Numbered from the stretch's first letter, positions 47,949 to 58,027 are shown. The stretch is DNA of 64,000 nt from an uncultured Smithella sp. (GCA_964539765.1 CAZIJZ010000001.1:219004-283003), one strand, 5' to 3'. Notes: a model not told the origin generated them from the letters alone. Program-made: numbers and translations.

Positions 47949-49135
47949 TTACCCTCCATCACGTCGTCAAGTACTTTTATCGCCTGATCGATATCCTGCG
48001 TCGTAATAATCAGCGGCGGAACAAACCGTAGTATTTTGCCGCCGGTGGAATTGATGAGCAATCCCCGATTCAGACATTCACGGACGATATCGCCCGTTTC
48101 TATATCCAGTTTCATGGCCAGCATCAATCCCCTTCCCCTGACCTCCTTGATGACCGGATGCTTTTGCTGTAATTTTTTCAATTGGGCCAGGAAATACTCG
48201 CCTGTCTTTTCGCAATGCTCCAGGATGCCCTCCCGCAGGATTGTTTTTAAAACAGCTTCGGCCGCCGCCATGGCCAGAGGACTGCCGCCGAATGTCGAGG
48301 CATGATTGCCCGGCACAAAAGCTTTGGCAATCTTGTCCGTCGCCAGCATCGCACCGATCGGAAAACCGTTGGCCAGCGCTTTGGCCAGGGTCATGATATC
48401 CGGTTTGATGCCGGAATGCTCATAGGCAAAAAGTTTTCCCGTGCGTCCGATCCCCGTCTGCACCTCATCAACAATCAATAAGATTTCATGCCGGTCGCAG
48501 ATTTCCCGCACCCGGGCCAGATAATTTTCATCGGGGATGTTCACACCGCCTTCTCCCTGAATCGGTTCGAGCAGGATTCCGCAGGTTTTACCGGAAATGG
48601 CATTTTCCAGAGCCTGCAAATCATTAAAAGGCACATACGTAAAACCGTCCAGCAGCGGCGTGAAACCGAATTGAAATTTTTCCTGTCCCGTGGCTGTAAT
48701 GGTAGCCATGGTGCGTCCGTGAAAGGAATCCTTCATGGTAATCAACTCGTATTTATCCGGCCCCATATTTTCATGGGCATACTTCCGGGCCAGTTTAATG
48801 GCCGCTTCGTTGGCTTCCGCGCCGCTGTTGCAGAAAAATACCTTGTCCGCGAACGAATTCCGGACAAGAAGTTCCGCCAGGCGGGCCTGCGGTTCCGTAT
48901 AATACAAATTGGAAACATGCGTTAATTTATCCAGTTGTGCTTTCAGGGCGGCAGTAACCTGGGGATGAGAATGACCAAGATTGCAAACCGCAATCCCCGC
49001 TACAAAGTCAAGATATTCTCGGTCGTTTATATCCCACACCCGGGCCCCCGATCCTTTCGTCAGGACGATTGGAAATCGCCTGTAGGTATTCATGATGTTT
49101 TCACCGGCCAGAGCCATGATATTCTGTTCGTTCAT
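47945..49135 (-). CDS. argD: acetylornithine aminotransferase
   Basis: 396 aa class III aminotransferase (NSGAEANEAAIKLAR, DEVQTGIGRTG, TLAKALANG). Sits in the arg cluster. ATGA overlap with argF. Confidence 0.92.
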   Translation of the reverse strand: MNEQNIMALAGENIMNTYRRFPIVLTKGSGARVWDINDREYLDFVAGIAVCNLGHSHPQVTAALKAQLDKLTHVSNLYYTEPQARLAELLVRNSFADKVFFCNSGAEANEAAIKLARKYAHENMGPDKYELITMKDSFHGRTMATITATGQEKFQFGFTPLLDGFTYVPFNDLQALENAISGKTCGILLEPIQGEGGVNIPDENYLARVREICDRHEILLIVDEVQTGIGRTGKLFAYEHSGIKPDIMTLAKALANGFPIGAMLATDKIAKAFVPGNHASTFGGSPLAMAAAEAVLKTILREGILEHCEKTGEYFLAQLKKLQQKHPVIKEVRGRGLMLAMKLDIETGDIVRECLNRGLLINSTGGKILRFVPPLIITTQDIDQAIKVLDDVMEGK

Positions 49136-49156
49136 TTTTAATTCCCACCTGTGTAT

Positions 49157-50047
49157 TTATAAAACGATTTCCGTCCCGATTCCCTTATCGGTAAACACTT
49201 CCAGCAACACGGCGTGTTTGAGCCGCCCGTCAACAATATGGGCTTTTTGTACGCCCCCCTTAAGCGCCTTCAGACAACATTTGATCTTCGGGAACATCCC
49301 CCCCTCAACCGTGCCGTCGTCAATAAGAGCCAGAGCTTCGTCATTGGTCATGGTATTGATCAGTTCTTTATTTTTGGTCAGAACACCGGGCACATCCGTC
49401 AGCAGCAAAAGTTTTTCGGCCTTGAGAGCGGCCGCTATTTCTCCGGCGACAATATCGGCATTGATGTTGTAAGTTTCACCGTTGTCGCCGATGCCCGTCG
49501 GCGCGATCACCGGGATAAAGTTGTTTTGAGCCAGCGAGATGATCAGCTGAGCGTTGATATTTTTCACCTTGCCCACCAGCCCGATATCGATAATTTCCGG
49601 CGGTGTGTGTTTGGCTTTCTCTTCATTCAGATAATATTTCTCCGCGTTGATCAGATTGCCGTCCTTGCCGCTCAGGCCCACGGAATTGCCTCCGTGCCTG
49701 TTGATCAGCCCGACGATTTCCTTATTCACCATGCCGACCAGAACCATCTCCACGATGTTCATCGTTTCTTCATCGGTGACCCGCATGCCCTGGATGAACT
49801 TCGATTCCTTGCCGAACTTCTTCAGCAGTTCGCCGATCTGCGGCCCTCCCCCGTGCACGACAACGGGATTAATCCCGATATACTTCATCATGACCACATC
49901 CTGGGCAAATTTGTCCTTCAGCTCTTTGTCAACCATGGCGTGACCGCCGTATTTGATCACAATCGTCTTGTTATAAAACCGCCTGATATACGGCAGAGTC
50001 TCCAGAAGAATGTCCGCCCTTTCGATCACATTAGAAATATTTCCCAT
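49157..50047 (-). CDS. argB: acetylglutamate kinase
   Basis: 296 aa. [19 protein letters not shown] and amino-acid-kinase fold motifs. Confidence 0.95.
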   Translation of the reverse strand: MGNISNVIERADILLETLPYIRRFYNKTIVIKYGGHAMVDKELKDKFAQDVVMMKYIGINPVVVHGGGPQIGELLKKFGKESKFIQGMRVTDEETMNIVEMVLVGMVNKEIVGLINRHGGNSVGLSGKDGNLINAEKYYLNEEKAKHTPPEIIDIGLVGKVKNINAQLIISLAQNNFIPVIAPTGIGDNGETYNINADIVAGEIAAALKAEKLLLLTDVPGVLTKNKELINTMTNDEALALIDDGTVEGGMFPKIKCCLKALKGGVQKAHIVDGRLKHAVLLEVFTDKGIGTEIVL

Positions 50048-50087
50048 TTTTTAACTCCGTTCATCAACCCAGTCTGAGTTTTTGCGT

Positions 50088-51479
50088 TTACAGGATATAA
50101 CGGCTCAAATCCTGGTCTTCGATGATGCCGTTAAGTTTCTCTTCCACGTATTGCGCGTCAATCACGATTTCCTTTTTTTCCATATCCGGAGCGTCGAAAG
50201 AGATATCATCCAGCATTTTTTCCATCATCGTATAAAGTCTTCGCGCCCCGATGTTTTCCGTGCTTTCATTGACCATCTCAGCCATTTCGGCAATGGAGGC
50301 TATCGCGTCTTCCTTAAAAGTCAATTTCAATCCTTCCGTCGCCATCATTTCCGTGTATTGCTTAACCAAAGCGTTATTCGGTTCCGTCAGAATACGGATA
50401 AAATCTTCCTTCCCGAGCGAATCCAGTTCGACGCGAATGGGGAATCTGCCCTGCAGTTCCGGAATTAAATCGGAAGGCTTTGTTCCGGAGAAAGCGCCGG
50501 CGGCGATAAACAGAATATGATCCGTTTTGACCATCCCGTAACGCGTATTGACATTCGATCCTTCCACGATCGGCAGCAAATCGCGCTGCACGCCCTCTCT
50601 GGACACATCCGGACCGTGCTGGGAATCACCGCCGACAATCTTATCGATTTCATCCAGGAAGATGATGCCGGACTGTTCGACCCGTTCCAGCGCCGTTTTG
50701 GTAACCTTTTCCATATCGATCAATTTCTGAGCTTCTTCCGCTTCCAGAATTTCCAGAGCTTCGGGCACTTTCACATTTCGCTTCTTTTTCTTCTGCGGCA
50801 TCATATTGCCGAGCATGTCTTTCAAATTAAGCCCCATGTCTTCCATGCCGGCGGCGGAAAATATTTCGATCATCGGTCCGCTTCTCTGCTCGGACACTTC
50901 CAGCTCGACCATCTTATCGTCAAATTTTCCTTCTTTGAACCAGCGACGCATTTTCTCCCGGGAAGCGTCATGCTTCTTTTGTTCCTCTTCCAAAGTCAGA
51001 GCGGTTTGATCTTCCTGATGGTCGCTGAGCATATCGCTCACGTTTCTTTCCGTCAGACGGGGCGGCAGCAGCAGGTCGAGAATTCTTTCCTCGGCGATAT
51101 CCGCCGCTTTGGCCTGCACATTTTCCTGTTCCTCCGCCTTGACCATGTTGATGGAAAGCTCCACCAGATCACGCACCATGGATTCCACATCCCGGCCGAC
51201 ATAACCCACTTCTGTAAATTTCGATGCTTCGATTTTCAAAAAAGGCGAATTGTCGATTTTCGCCAAACGGCGCGCGATCTCGGTCTTCCCCACGCCGGTG
51301 GGACCGATCATAATAATGTTCTTCGGTGAAATTTCTTCGGCCAGATCCGCCGTCACATTCTGTCTGCGCCACCGGTTGCGCAAGGCTATCGCCACCGCTC
51401 TTTTTGCGTCCAGCTGGCCGATAATATGCTGATTTAACTTTTCCACGATTTCACGTGGTTTTAACCCTTTGTTAGACAT
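50088..51479 (-). CDS. hslU: ATP-dependent protease ATPase subunit HslU
   Basis: 463 aa. PREIV..L..HIIGQ, Walker [16 protein letters not shown], Walker [11 protein letters not shown]-domain insertion. Confidence 0.96.
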   Translation of the reverse strand: MSNKGLKPREIVEKLNQHIIGQLDAKRAVAIALRNRWRRQNVTADLAEEISPKNIIMIGPTGVGKTEIARRLAKIDNSPFLKIEASKFTEVGYVGRDVESMVRDLVELSINMVKAEEQENVQAKAADIAEERILDLLLPPRLTERNVSDMLSDHQEDQTALTLEEEQKKHDASREKMRRWFKEGKFDDKMVELEVSEQRSGPMIEIFSAAGMEDMGLNLKDMLGNMMPQKKKKRNVKVPEALEILEAEEAQKLIDMEKVTKTALERVEQSGIIFLDEIDKIVGGDSQHGPDVSREGVQRDLLPIVEGSNVNTRYGMVKTDHILFIAAGAFSGTKPSDLIPELQGRFPIRVELDSLGKEDFIRILTEPNNALVKQYTEMMATEGLKLTFKEDAIASIAEMAEMVNESTENIGARRLYTMMEKMLDDISFDAPDMEKKEIVIDAQYVEEKLNGIIEDQDLSRYIL

Positions 51480-51482
51480 AGT

Positions 51483-52064
51483 TTACTTCTTTCCTTTATC
51501 TCTGCTTTTACTCTCTTTTTCTTCGTTTTCAATATCGATTTCTTCAACCGTGATATGATCATTGGTATAAATACAAACCTCCGATGCCAGCTTCATTGCT
51601 TCTCTGGCGATTTCCGAGGCCGTGAGATTGGAATGACGCAGAAGCGCCCGCGCCGCCGTCAGCGCATAAGTTCCGCCGGAACCGATGGCCATGACATCGT
51701 CATCCGCTTCAATGACATCGCCGTTTCCCGAGATAATCAGGGAATTATCCTTATTAACGGCGATCATCAGCGCTTCCAGATGTCTCAGCACCCGGTCTGT
51801 CCGCCAATCCTTGGTCAGTTCCACGGCCGCTCTCAACAAATTACCATTGTACTGCTCCAGTTTCTGATCAAAACGATCAAACAGCGTGAAAGCGTCCGCT
51901 GTGGCTCCGGCAAAACCGACGATCACTTCATTATTATATAAACGACGGACCTTGCGCGCGCCGTGCTTCAGTATTGTCGTGTCCAGCGTCACCTGACCAT
52001 CGCCGGCGACCGTAATTTTGCCGTCGCGTTTAACCGCTAATATCGTGGTGCCTCTTATATTCAT
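51483..52064 (-). CDS. hslV: ATP-dependent protease subunit HslV
   Basis: 193 aa. [10 protein letters not shown] Ntn-hydrolase N-terminus (preceded by MNIRG) and GSGG motif. About 20-aa charged C-terminal tail. Confidence 0.95.
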   Translation of the reverse strand: MNIRGTTILAVKRDGKITVAGDGQVTLDTTILKHGARKVRRLYNNEVIVGFAGATADAFTLFDRFDQKLEQYNGNLLRAAVELTKDWRTDRVLRHLEALMIAVNKDNSLIISGNGDVIEADDDVMAIGSGGTYALTAARALLRHSNLTASEIAREAMKLASEVCIYTNDHITVEEIDIENEEKESKSRDKGKK

Positions 52065-52091
52065 TCCTTCTCCTTAAATAATAATTCTTCC

Positions 52092-52154
52092 CAAAACAAC
52101 AAAAACGAGACGAAGGCTTTTCCCTGCGGCTTCGCTTTGAAAAAAGCCAGTCTC
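52092..52154 (-). terminator. long hairpin plus T-tract between xerC and hslV
   Basis: The minus strand reads GAGAC-T-GGCTTTT...AAAAGCC-TTC-GTCTC followed by GTTTTTGTTGTTTT. The stem begins inside the xerC stop codon. Confidence 0.5.
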
Positions 52155-53079
52155 ATTTATTTTTAGTGCGGGGATGAGCTTTGTCGTAAATTTCCATCAG
52201 CCGGCTGATATTGACCGCCGTGTACTTCTGGGTCGTGGAAAGACTTTCGTGCCCCAGCATTTCCTGAATGGAACGCAAATCGGCTCCTGCATTCAAGAGA
52301 TGTGTGGCAAAACTGTGTCGTAACGCGTGCGGACTGATTTTCCGGCCGATTCCGCTCTTTAACGTCGCTCCGTTCACTATCCTCGCTATGCTTCTTGTCG
52401 TAATCCTTTCGCCCCGTGAGTTCAAAAATAACGGGATTTTAAAAACATCCTTATGATTTTCTTTTCTGATCTCCCCGGCCTTCTCCAGATATTCGCCGAC
52501 GGCTTTTAACGCGGGTTCCCCGACCGGAACGATTCTCTCCTTGCGGCCTTTGCCCCTGACCTTAACCAGCTTCTGGTTGAAATCGATATCCCCCGGATTC
52601 AATCCGGCCAGCTCGCTCAGTCGCAATCCGCAGGAATAAAACATTTCCAGCATTGCCCGGTCGCGCAAACCAAGGACCGAACGATCATTTTGATTTTTCA
52701 AAACCTCAAGCATTTCATCCACGGAAAGAAAAGTGGGGATGTACTTTTCCGTTTTCAGCGACTGAATCATTTCCGCGGGATTGACATCAATCTTTCCCGT
52801 TCGTGAAAGATATTTAAAAAATGCCCTGAGTGATGATATTTTACGATTAACCGTAACTTTTTTTACATTTTTTTTATACAGCGCGCTCAGGTAATGCCGG
52901 AGAATTTCCGGTTTGACGCCGGCGATCTCTTCCTGATTTTTCACGAAACTGTTATCAGCCAGATAGCTGGCAAATTCCCGAACGTCGGCCATATAAGCTA
53001 TTTTCGTGTGATCGGAAACATTTTTTTCCACTTCCAGATAAGCTTGAAAATCGTGAATCATGTTTCCCATACAATTCAT
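52153..53079 (-). CDS. xerC: tyrosine recombinase XerC
   Basis: 308 aa. SAM-like N-domain, catalytic ARG...HALRHSFATHLL...LGHESLSTTQKYT (R-H-R-Y). xerC-hslV-hslU order as in the B. subtilis codV operon. Exact start (53079, 53070 or 53061) uncertain. Confidence 0.88.
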   Translation of the reverse strand: MNCMGNMIHDFQAYLEVEKNVSDHTKIAYMADVREFASYLADNSFVKNQEEIAGVKPEILRHYLSALYKKNVKKVTVNRKISSLRAFFKYLSRTGKIDVNPAEMIQSLKTEKYIPTFLSVDEMLEVLKNQNDRSVLGLRDRAMLEMFYSCGLRLSELAGLNPGDIDFNQKLVKVRGKGRKERIVPVGEPALKAVGEYLEKAGEIRKENHKDVFKIPLFLNSRGERITTRSIARIVNGATLKSGIGRKISPHALRHSFATHLLNAGADLRSIQEMLGHESLSTTQKYTAVNISRLMEIYDKAHPRTKNK

Positions 53080-53110
53080 ACCCGTTCGTCATCGGACATG
53101 ATACTTATTC

Positions 53111-53335
53111 CGCTAACGTTTCAAACGTCGCTGCGCTCGCTCTCAGCTTGTCTCAAATCCCCATTCGCTTCGCTACGGGGATAATTTGTCCTGCAAATTT
53201 CAGTGCGCTTTACCCGGAGTCTCAAATCCCCGTTCGCTTCGCTCATTTTCAGCTTATCTCAAATCCCCATTCGCTGCGCTTCGGGGATAATTCGTCCAGC
53301 AAATTTCAGTGCGCTTCGCTTCTGAAATTTGGGAC
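53111..53335. repeat. tandem array of a structured intergenic repeat (two full roughly 106-nt-period units plus partial units)
   Basis: Core tctcaaatcccc[a/g]ttcgct[t/g]cgct occurs at 53151, 53220 and 53257. Full units at 53144-53210 and 53250-53333 differ at only a few positions. Hairpins are atcccc-N14-ggggat and caaatttcag-N12-ctgaaatttg. Confidence 0.75.
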
Positions 53336-53338
53336 TCA

Positions 53339-53839
53339 TTACATCTTATATTTACCGAAATCTTCAGCGGAAAGATTCTCCAGAAATTCTTTAATTTTAT
53401 CCTCTTTCAGTTTATCCAGATCATTAAGCTTCATGCCGAAATCCACATCGCGTGATTTCTCAATGACGGCATCTTCCACAAAAATCGGTGCATCCGCTCG
53501 CAAGGCAATGGCAATTGCGTCGCTGGGACGGGCGTCAATCGTATAGTCCAGTCCGTCTTTCATCAAATAAATATTTGCGAAAAAAGTGTTGTTGCGTATG
53601 TCGATAATTTCAATCCTGCTCACCGTAATATTGAACAACCGCAGAAACTCGACGAACAAATCATGCGTCAGGGGACGTGGGAAAACGATCTTTTTCATCT
53701 CCGTGGCAATGGCGCTTGCCTCGAACAAACCAATCCAGATGGGAATCGCCTTGTTGTTGTCCGTATCTTTTAAAATGACGATCGGTGTATTGGTCACGGG
53801 ATCAATCGTCAATCCCAGAACCTTCATCTCAATCAACAC
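53339..53839 (-). CDS. bifunctional nuclease (BFN/DUF151) family protein
   Basis: 166 aa. VLGLTIDPVTNTPIVILKD...AIPIWIGLFEASAI...TVSRIEIIDI...DARPSDAIAIALR pattern of the BFN domain. GTG start with GAGGAG 7 nt upstream. 11-nt overlap with miaB. Confidence 0.85.
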   Translation of the reverse strand: MLIEMKVLGLTIDPVTNTPIVILKDTDNNKAIPIWIGLFEASAIATEMKKIVFPRPLTHDLFVEFLRLFNITVSRIEIIDIRNNTFFANIYLMKDGLDYTIDARPSDAIAIALRADAPIFVEDAVIEKSRDVDFGMKLNDLDKLKEDKIKEFLENLSAEDFGKYKM

Positions 53840-55175
53840 GGATTTTCTCCTCGTCTTTTTCGATTGCGCCTCTCAGAGAATGCAGATGCGCTTTTGTAAT
53901 TTTGACCATGGCCATGCTGCCCGTTAAATCCTGTTCACACCTGAAGTTCACAATTTTCCAGGAGCTTGTTCGTCCCGTCAAATCGTGATCGGCGTTTTTG
54001 CTTTTTCCCTCAACGAGAATTTCCTGCACACTGCCCACCATGTCCGTATTTCTTTCCAGCATATGCTGGTTCTGGAGTTTTTGCAGTTCTTCCAGGCGTC
54101 TCAGTTTTTCATCTTCCGCAACCTTGTCCTTCAATTTTCGCGCCGCGGTTCCCTCCCGTTCCGAATACTTGAAGGAGAAAGTTGAATCAAACCTGATTTT
54201 TTTCATCATGTCAATTGTTTCTTGGTAATCTTTTTCAGTTTCTCCGGGAAACCCCACGATGAGATCCGACGTGATGCTCATCAGAGGATTTACGCCACGC
54301 AGATAATCTATTTTTTTCATATATTCTTCCACCGAATATCCCCGGTTCATTAACGTCAGGACATGGTTGGAACCGGACTGAACCGGCAGATGAATATGCG
54401 CGCAAAGCTTTTTCTCCGTGGCAAAACAATTCATCAGGTCTTCCGAAAGGTCCCGCGGATGAGAGGTCGTAAATCTGATCCTTCGAATACCGTCAACCTT
54501 CCCTATTTTTTCAATCAACGACGTAAAGTTTGATCCGTCAGGAAAATTTTTCCCGTATGCGTTGACGTTTTGTCCGAGCAGTGTCACTTCCTTGATGCCT
54601 GCGTCGGCGAGCTTTTCTATTTCGCTGATAACGTCATTCACGGGCCGGCTGATTTCCCGGCCCCGCAGGTAGGGGACAACACAATAGGCACAAAAATTAT
54701 TGCACCCCTGCATAATAGTCACAAACGCGCAGAGTTGCCCCTTTTCGGGTGGAGCGAATATATTCATGGAAACCGGGAATTCATGAAAATCAATTTCCGT
54801 TATTTTACTCCTTTTCCGATGAATGGACCCGATGATTTCCGGTATCAGATGGATGTTATGAGTTCCCGTGACAAAATCGAGATAATTCAGTCTTCTATGA
54901 AATTTTGTTCCCAGATGCTGAGCCAGACATCCGACAACGCCGATGATCAATTCCGGATTCCGGTCTTTCAGAGGTTTTATTCTTCCCAATTGACTGTAAA
55001 TCTTATGGGCTGCCTTTTCCCTGATCGAGCAGGTGTTCAGAATGATCAAATCCGCCAGTTTCACATTATCCGTCCGGCGATATCCCGCCCCGGAGAGCAA
55101 CGCGACAATCTGCTCCGAATCGTGAACATTCATCTGACAGCCAAATGTTTGAATATAAAGATATTTATTTTTCAT
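53829..55175 (-). CDS. miaB: tRNA (N6-isopentenyl adenosine(37)-C2)-methylthiotransferase
   Basis: 448 aa from ATG 55175 (MKNKYLYIQTFGCQMN). Radical SAM CNNFCAYCVVP and C-terminal TRAM domain. Confidence 0.94.
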   Translation of the reverse strand: MKNKYLYIQTFGCQMNVHDSEQIVALLSGAGYRRTDNVKLADLIILNTCSIREKAAHKIYSQLGRIKPLKDRNPELIIGVVGCLAQHLGTKFHRRLNYLDFVTGTHNIHLIPEIIGSIHRKRSKITEIDFHEFPVSMNIFAPPEKGQLCAFVTIMQGCNNFCAYCVVPYLRGREISRPVNDVISEIEKLADAGIKEVTLLGQNVNAYGKNFPDGSNFTSLIEKIGKVDGIRRIRFTTSHPRDLSEDLMNCFATEKKLCAHIHLPVQSGSNHVLTLMNRGYSVEEYMKKIDYLRGVNPLMSITSDLIVGFPGETEKDYQETIDMMKKIRFDSTFSFKYSEREGTAARKLKDKVAEDEKLRRLEELQKLQNQHMLERNTDMVGSVQEILVEGKSKNADHDLTGRTSSWKIVNFRCEQDLTGSMAMVKITKAHLHSLRGAIEKDEEKIRVD

Positions 55176-55401
55176 TGCTCCACTTTCCCGTACGAAAGAC
55201 ATCATTATTATTTCAAAATAAATTAGTCAATGCTTTTCCTGTATTTATTCCGATAATTAACCGATATATACTTAAAAATAATTCTTTACATTCCATTCGG
55301 CTTATTGTATTCATTTTTTCAAATCGTTCGCATTGTAGCTAATTAAAATTAAACGAAGAAAATTATTGACATTGCTAAATAATTATGCTAACAGGACAAT
55401 C

Positions 55402-56025
55402 ATGAAAAGAATTATTAAATTCATAGTAATCCTTTCAATTCTCGCATGTTGTATAATTCCTGTTCAATCTTTTGCTGTTACCTCTGCCATTTCCGACAGT
55501 GAGCTTGATGGCATCTGCGGTCAGGTTGGCGCGATTTCAGTTCACATCGGTACCTTTACTGTCGAAAGCCAGAGTTTGAAGAACATTGCCACGGATGGCT
55601 GGAATTACTGGGATCCGGATCACGGTATTAGAGATCCCCATCCGGATAACGCCCCCGGATTCTTCGATGGGTCGTCCACCACCAATCCTCAAAAGCATCC
55701 CGGCGCGGCCGGTTACAATCAGCCCGGTTATGTCGGATATGACGAATCTTATCTTGTGGGTGGCATCGTTCACCAGACGGGTTCCATGGTGCTGGAAGTG
55801 GTTTCCACCAGTGATCCCAACATTCTCTCGCAATGTAAGCTGGAAGTGTTGATGAGAAATCAAGCCGTCAATGCCCAGATAGGCTTCGGCATGGTATTAA
55901 AGTTGAGCGATTCTCCCGATCTGTCCGGCAATCAGTCTCTGGGCCGTATTTATACACAAGGCATCAAAGCTACGACCAACGGCCATTTGACGGTCTATGC
56001 CCATAACAATCCGCTGTCACTCTAG
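55402..56025 (+). CDS. secreted hypothetical protein
   Basis: About 207 aa from ATG 55402. Signal peptide MKRIIKFIVILSILACCIIPVQSFA, then SDSELDGICGQ and a Gly/Asp/Pro/His/Trp-rich middle. No family recognised; weak SD. Confidence 0.55.
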   Translation: MKRIIKFIVILSILACCIIPVQSFAVTSAISDSELDGICGQVGAISVHIGTFTVESQSLKNIATDGWNYWDPDHGIRDPHPDNAPGFFDGSSTTNPQKHPGAAGYNQPGYVGYDESYLVGGIVHQTGSMVLEVVSTSDPNILSQCKLEVLMRNQAVNAQIGFGMVLKLSDSPDLSGNQSLGRIYTQGIKATTNGHLTVYAHNNPLSL

Positions 56026-56151
56026 TCTTCTGAAAACTATCTGACCTTTCTCCACTCTCTAAAAATTAATCTTTCGGCACATTTGTGTCCTGTATCCATT
56101 TGTCATTTCAGGTGAAGATTTTCCTACATTCTTCTGATCATGATGACAGAA

Positions 56152-57006
56152 TCAGATGACCTTTTTATTTTCCATCATGATATTGCCGAGTGCCGCAAAT
56201 TCCCGCAGGGAAAGCGTTTCTCCCCGGCGTTGACCGTCGATGCCTGATTTTTCCAACACTTCCCTTAACCATGATTCCTCAATGCCTTCCGTCAACTTTG
56301 AATGCTTCAGATTATTCAACAGCGTTTTCCGGCGCTGAGCAAACGCGTCCCGCACCAGCCGGATAAAATAATTCTCGTCATTCAGCGTGTACCGGGGTTG
56401 ATGATGAAACGCGCCTCGGATAATGGACGATTCCACCTTGGGGCGCGGATGAAAACAGGATGCCGGAATACTCAGCACGTTTTCCATATCGGCAAACATC
56501 TGAAAAATCACGGAAGGCACGCCGTAAGTTTTATTTCCCGGCAATGCGGTCAGACGATCAACGAGTTCCTTTTGCATCATCAGAACGAAACAATTTATCA
56601 CATCCCTGAACGACAGCAGATAGAACAACAGCGGGCTGGAAATATTATAGGGTATATTTCCGACAATTTTAAGGGGACGGTTCTCTTTTTGAAAAAGCGA
56701 CCGGAAATCAAAACGCAATATATTTCCGGCATGAATTTCGACGTTCTTATATTTTGACAACCGGTCTGTCAGCACCCGGACCAGTCGCTCATCCAGTTCC
56801 ACCGCAACGACCCTGGCCGCGGTCTTGGCCAGCTGTTCCGTCAAAACGCCGATGCCCGCTCCGATTTCTACAACCACATCATTTTCCCGAACATCCGTGA
56901 ATGCCGCAATCTTGTGGATAATGCCCTCATCCACAAGAAAGCACTGCCCCATACTTTTTCGGGGTGTTATCGAATAGTGACGGATGATATCTTTCGGTGA
57001 TTGCAT
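56152..57006 (-). CDS. rsmA: 16S rRNA (adenine(1518)-N6/adenine(1519)-N6)-dimethyltransferase
   Basis: 284 aa from ATG 57006. GQCFLVD, SAM motif VVEIGAGIGVLT and NIPYNISSPLL. Confidence 0.93.
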   Translation of the reverse strand: MQSPKDIIRHYSITPRKSMGQCFLVDEGIIHKIAAFTDVRENDVVVEIGAGIGVLTEQLAKTAARVVAVELDERLVRVLTDRLSKYKNVEIHAGNILRFDFRSLFQKENRPLKIVGNIPYNISSPLLFYLLSFRDVINCFVLMMQKELVDRLTALPGNKTYGVPSVIFQMFADMENVLSIPASCFHPRPKVESSIIRGAFHHQPRYTLNDENYFIRLVRDAFAQRRKTLLNNLKHSKLTEGIEESWLREVLEKSGIDGQRRGETLSLREFAALGNIMMENKKVI

Positions 57007-57031
57007 TTTTCTTCTTTGAATAAAATATGAT

Positions 57032-58027
57032 TCAGGATAACGGCCAGCGGGAAACCGCATTTAGATTCAGTGCGCTGCTCAAACCGTTTTTCAGCATCAC
57101 CTCGCCCATGGCTGCGATCATCGCCGCATTGTCCGTGCATAATAGGATGGGAGGGACAAACAACTCGATCTTTTTTGCGTCAGTCGCCCGGGTGAATTTT
57201 TCACGAAGTCTGCTGTTTGCCGCGACGCCCCCGCATACGACGATTCTTAAGACACCGTTTTCTTCCGCCGCTTTGACCGTTTTTTCCACCAGCGTGTCCA
57301 CAATCGCTTCCTGGTAGCTGGCGACGATATCGGGCAACTCCTCGGGATCGAAATCACGACCCCGTTTTTTCAGCATCGTCAAAAGAGATGTCTTCAACCC
57401 GCTGAAACTGAAATCGGCGGAATCCTTCATGGCTCTGGGAAAAGCCACGGCGCGGGGATTGCCCTGTTTCGCCATTTTGTCAATCACCACGCCTCCGGGA
57501 TAACCGAGATTAAGCAGTTTGGCCGCCTTGTCGAACGCTTCACCGGCGGCATCGTCGCGCGTCTGACCGATTAAATGAAAATCACGGAAATGCTTGACCA
57601 GATAAACACTGGTATGTCCTCCGGAGACAACCAGGGCGATAAACGGAAATTGCGGAACCTGATCCGCCAGGAATACGGCGGCGATATGTCCCTCCAGATG
57701 ATTGACACCGATCATGGGAACGTTGAGCGCCAGCGACAGCGCCTTGGCCGTGGACAACCCGATCAGCAGAGACCCGATCAGGCCGGGGCCGCAGGTCACG
57801 GCGATCCCTTCAATCTCCTGCAGCGTGACATCGGCATCCTGCAGAGCCTGCCGGATAACCGGATGGATAACTTCAAGATGTTTACGGGAGGCAATTTCCG
57901 GAACAACACCGCCGAACGGTGAATGAATCTCTATCTGCGACGCAATGACATTGGAACAGATTTTACCGTTGTGCACGACCGCCGCCGATGTCTCATCACA
58001 TGATGATTCTATGCCCAGAACTAACAT
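57032..58027 (-). CDS. tsaD: tRNA N6-adenosine threonylcarbamoyltransferase
   Basis: 331 aa from ATG 58027 (MLVLGIESSCDETS). VNHLEGH, VSGGHT and GGVAAN motifs. Confidence 0.95.
   Translation of the reverse strand: MLVLGIESSCDETSAAVVHNGKICSNVIASQIEIHSPFGGVVPEIASRKHLEVIHPVIRQALQDADVTLQEIEGIAVTCGPGLIGSLLIGLSTAKALSLALNVPMIGVNHLEGHIAAVFLADQVPQFPFIALVVSGGHTSVYLVKHFRDFHLIGQTRDDAAGEAFDKAAKLLNLGYPGGVVIDKMAKQGNPRAVAFPRAMKDSADFSFSGLKTSLLTMLKKRGRDFDPEELPDIVASYQEAIVDTLVEKTVKAAEENGVLRIVVCGGVAANSRLREKFTRATDAKKIELFVPPILLCTDNAAMIAAMGEVMLKNGLSSALNLNAVSRWPLS

Noticed and set aside
49214-51329. Long plus-strand ORFs (287 aa at 49214-50077, 270 aa at 50517-51329) opposite argB and hslU
   Set aside because: Antisense shadows of highly conserved genes. 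The translations are His/Phe/Arg-rich nonsense with no start-site signals.
53111-53335. Possible CRISPR array, because of the repeated 24-nt core tctcaaatcccc.ttcgct.cgct
   Set aside because: Core spacings are 69 and 37 nt, not regular. The intervening 'spacers' are themselves repeated. No cas genes are in the window. It is better explained as tandem copies of a longer structured element.
52065-53338. A dif-like XerC/D recombination site near xerC
   Set aside because: I found no 28-nt dif-like imperfect palindrome by eye in the flanking spacers. dif is normally at the terminus, not next to xerC.
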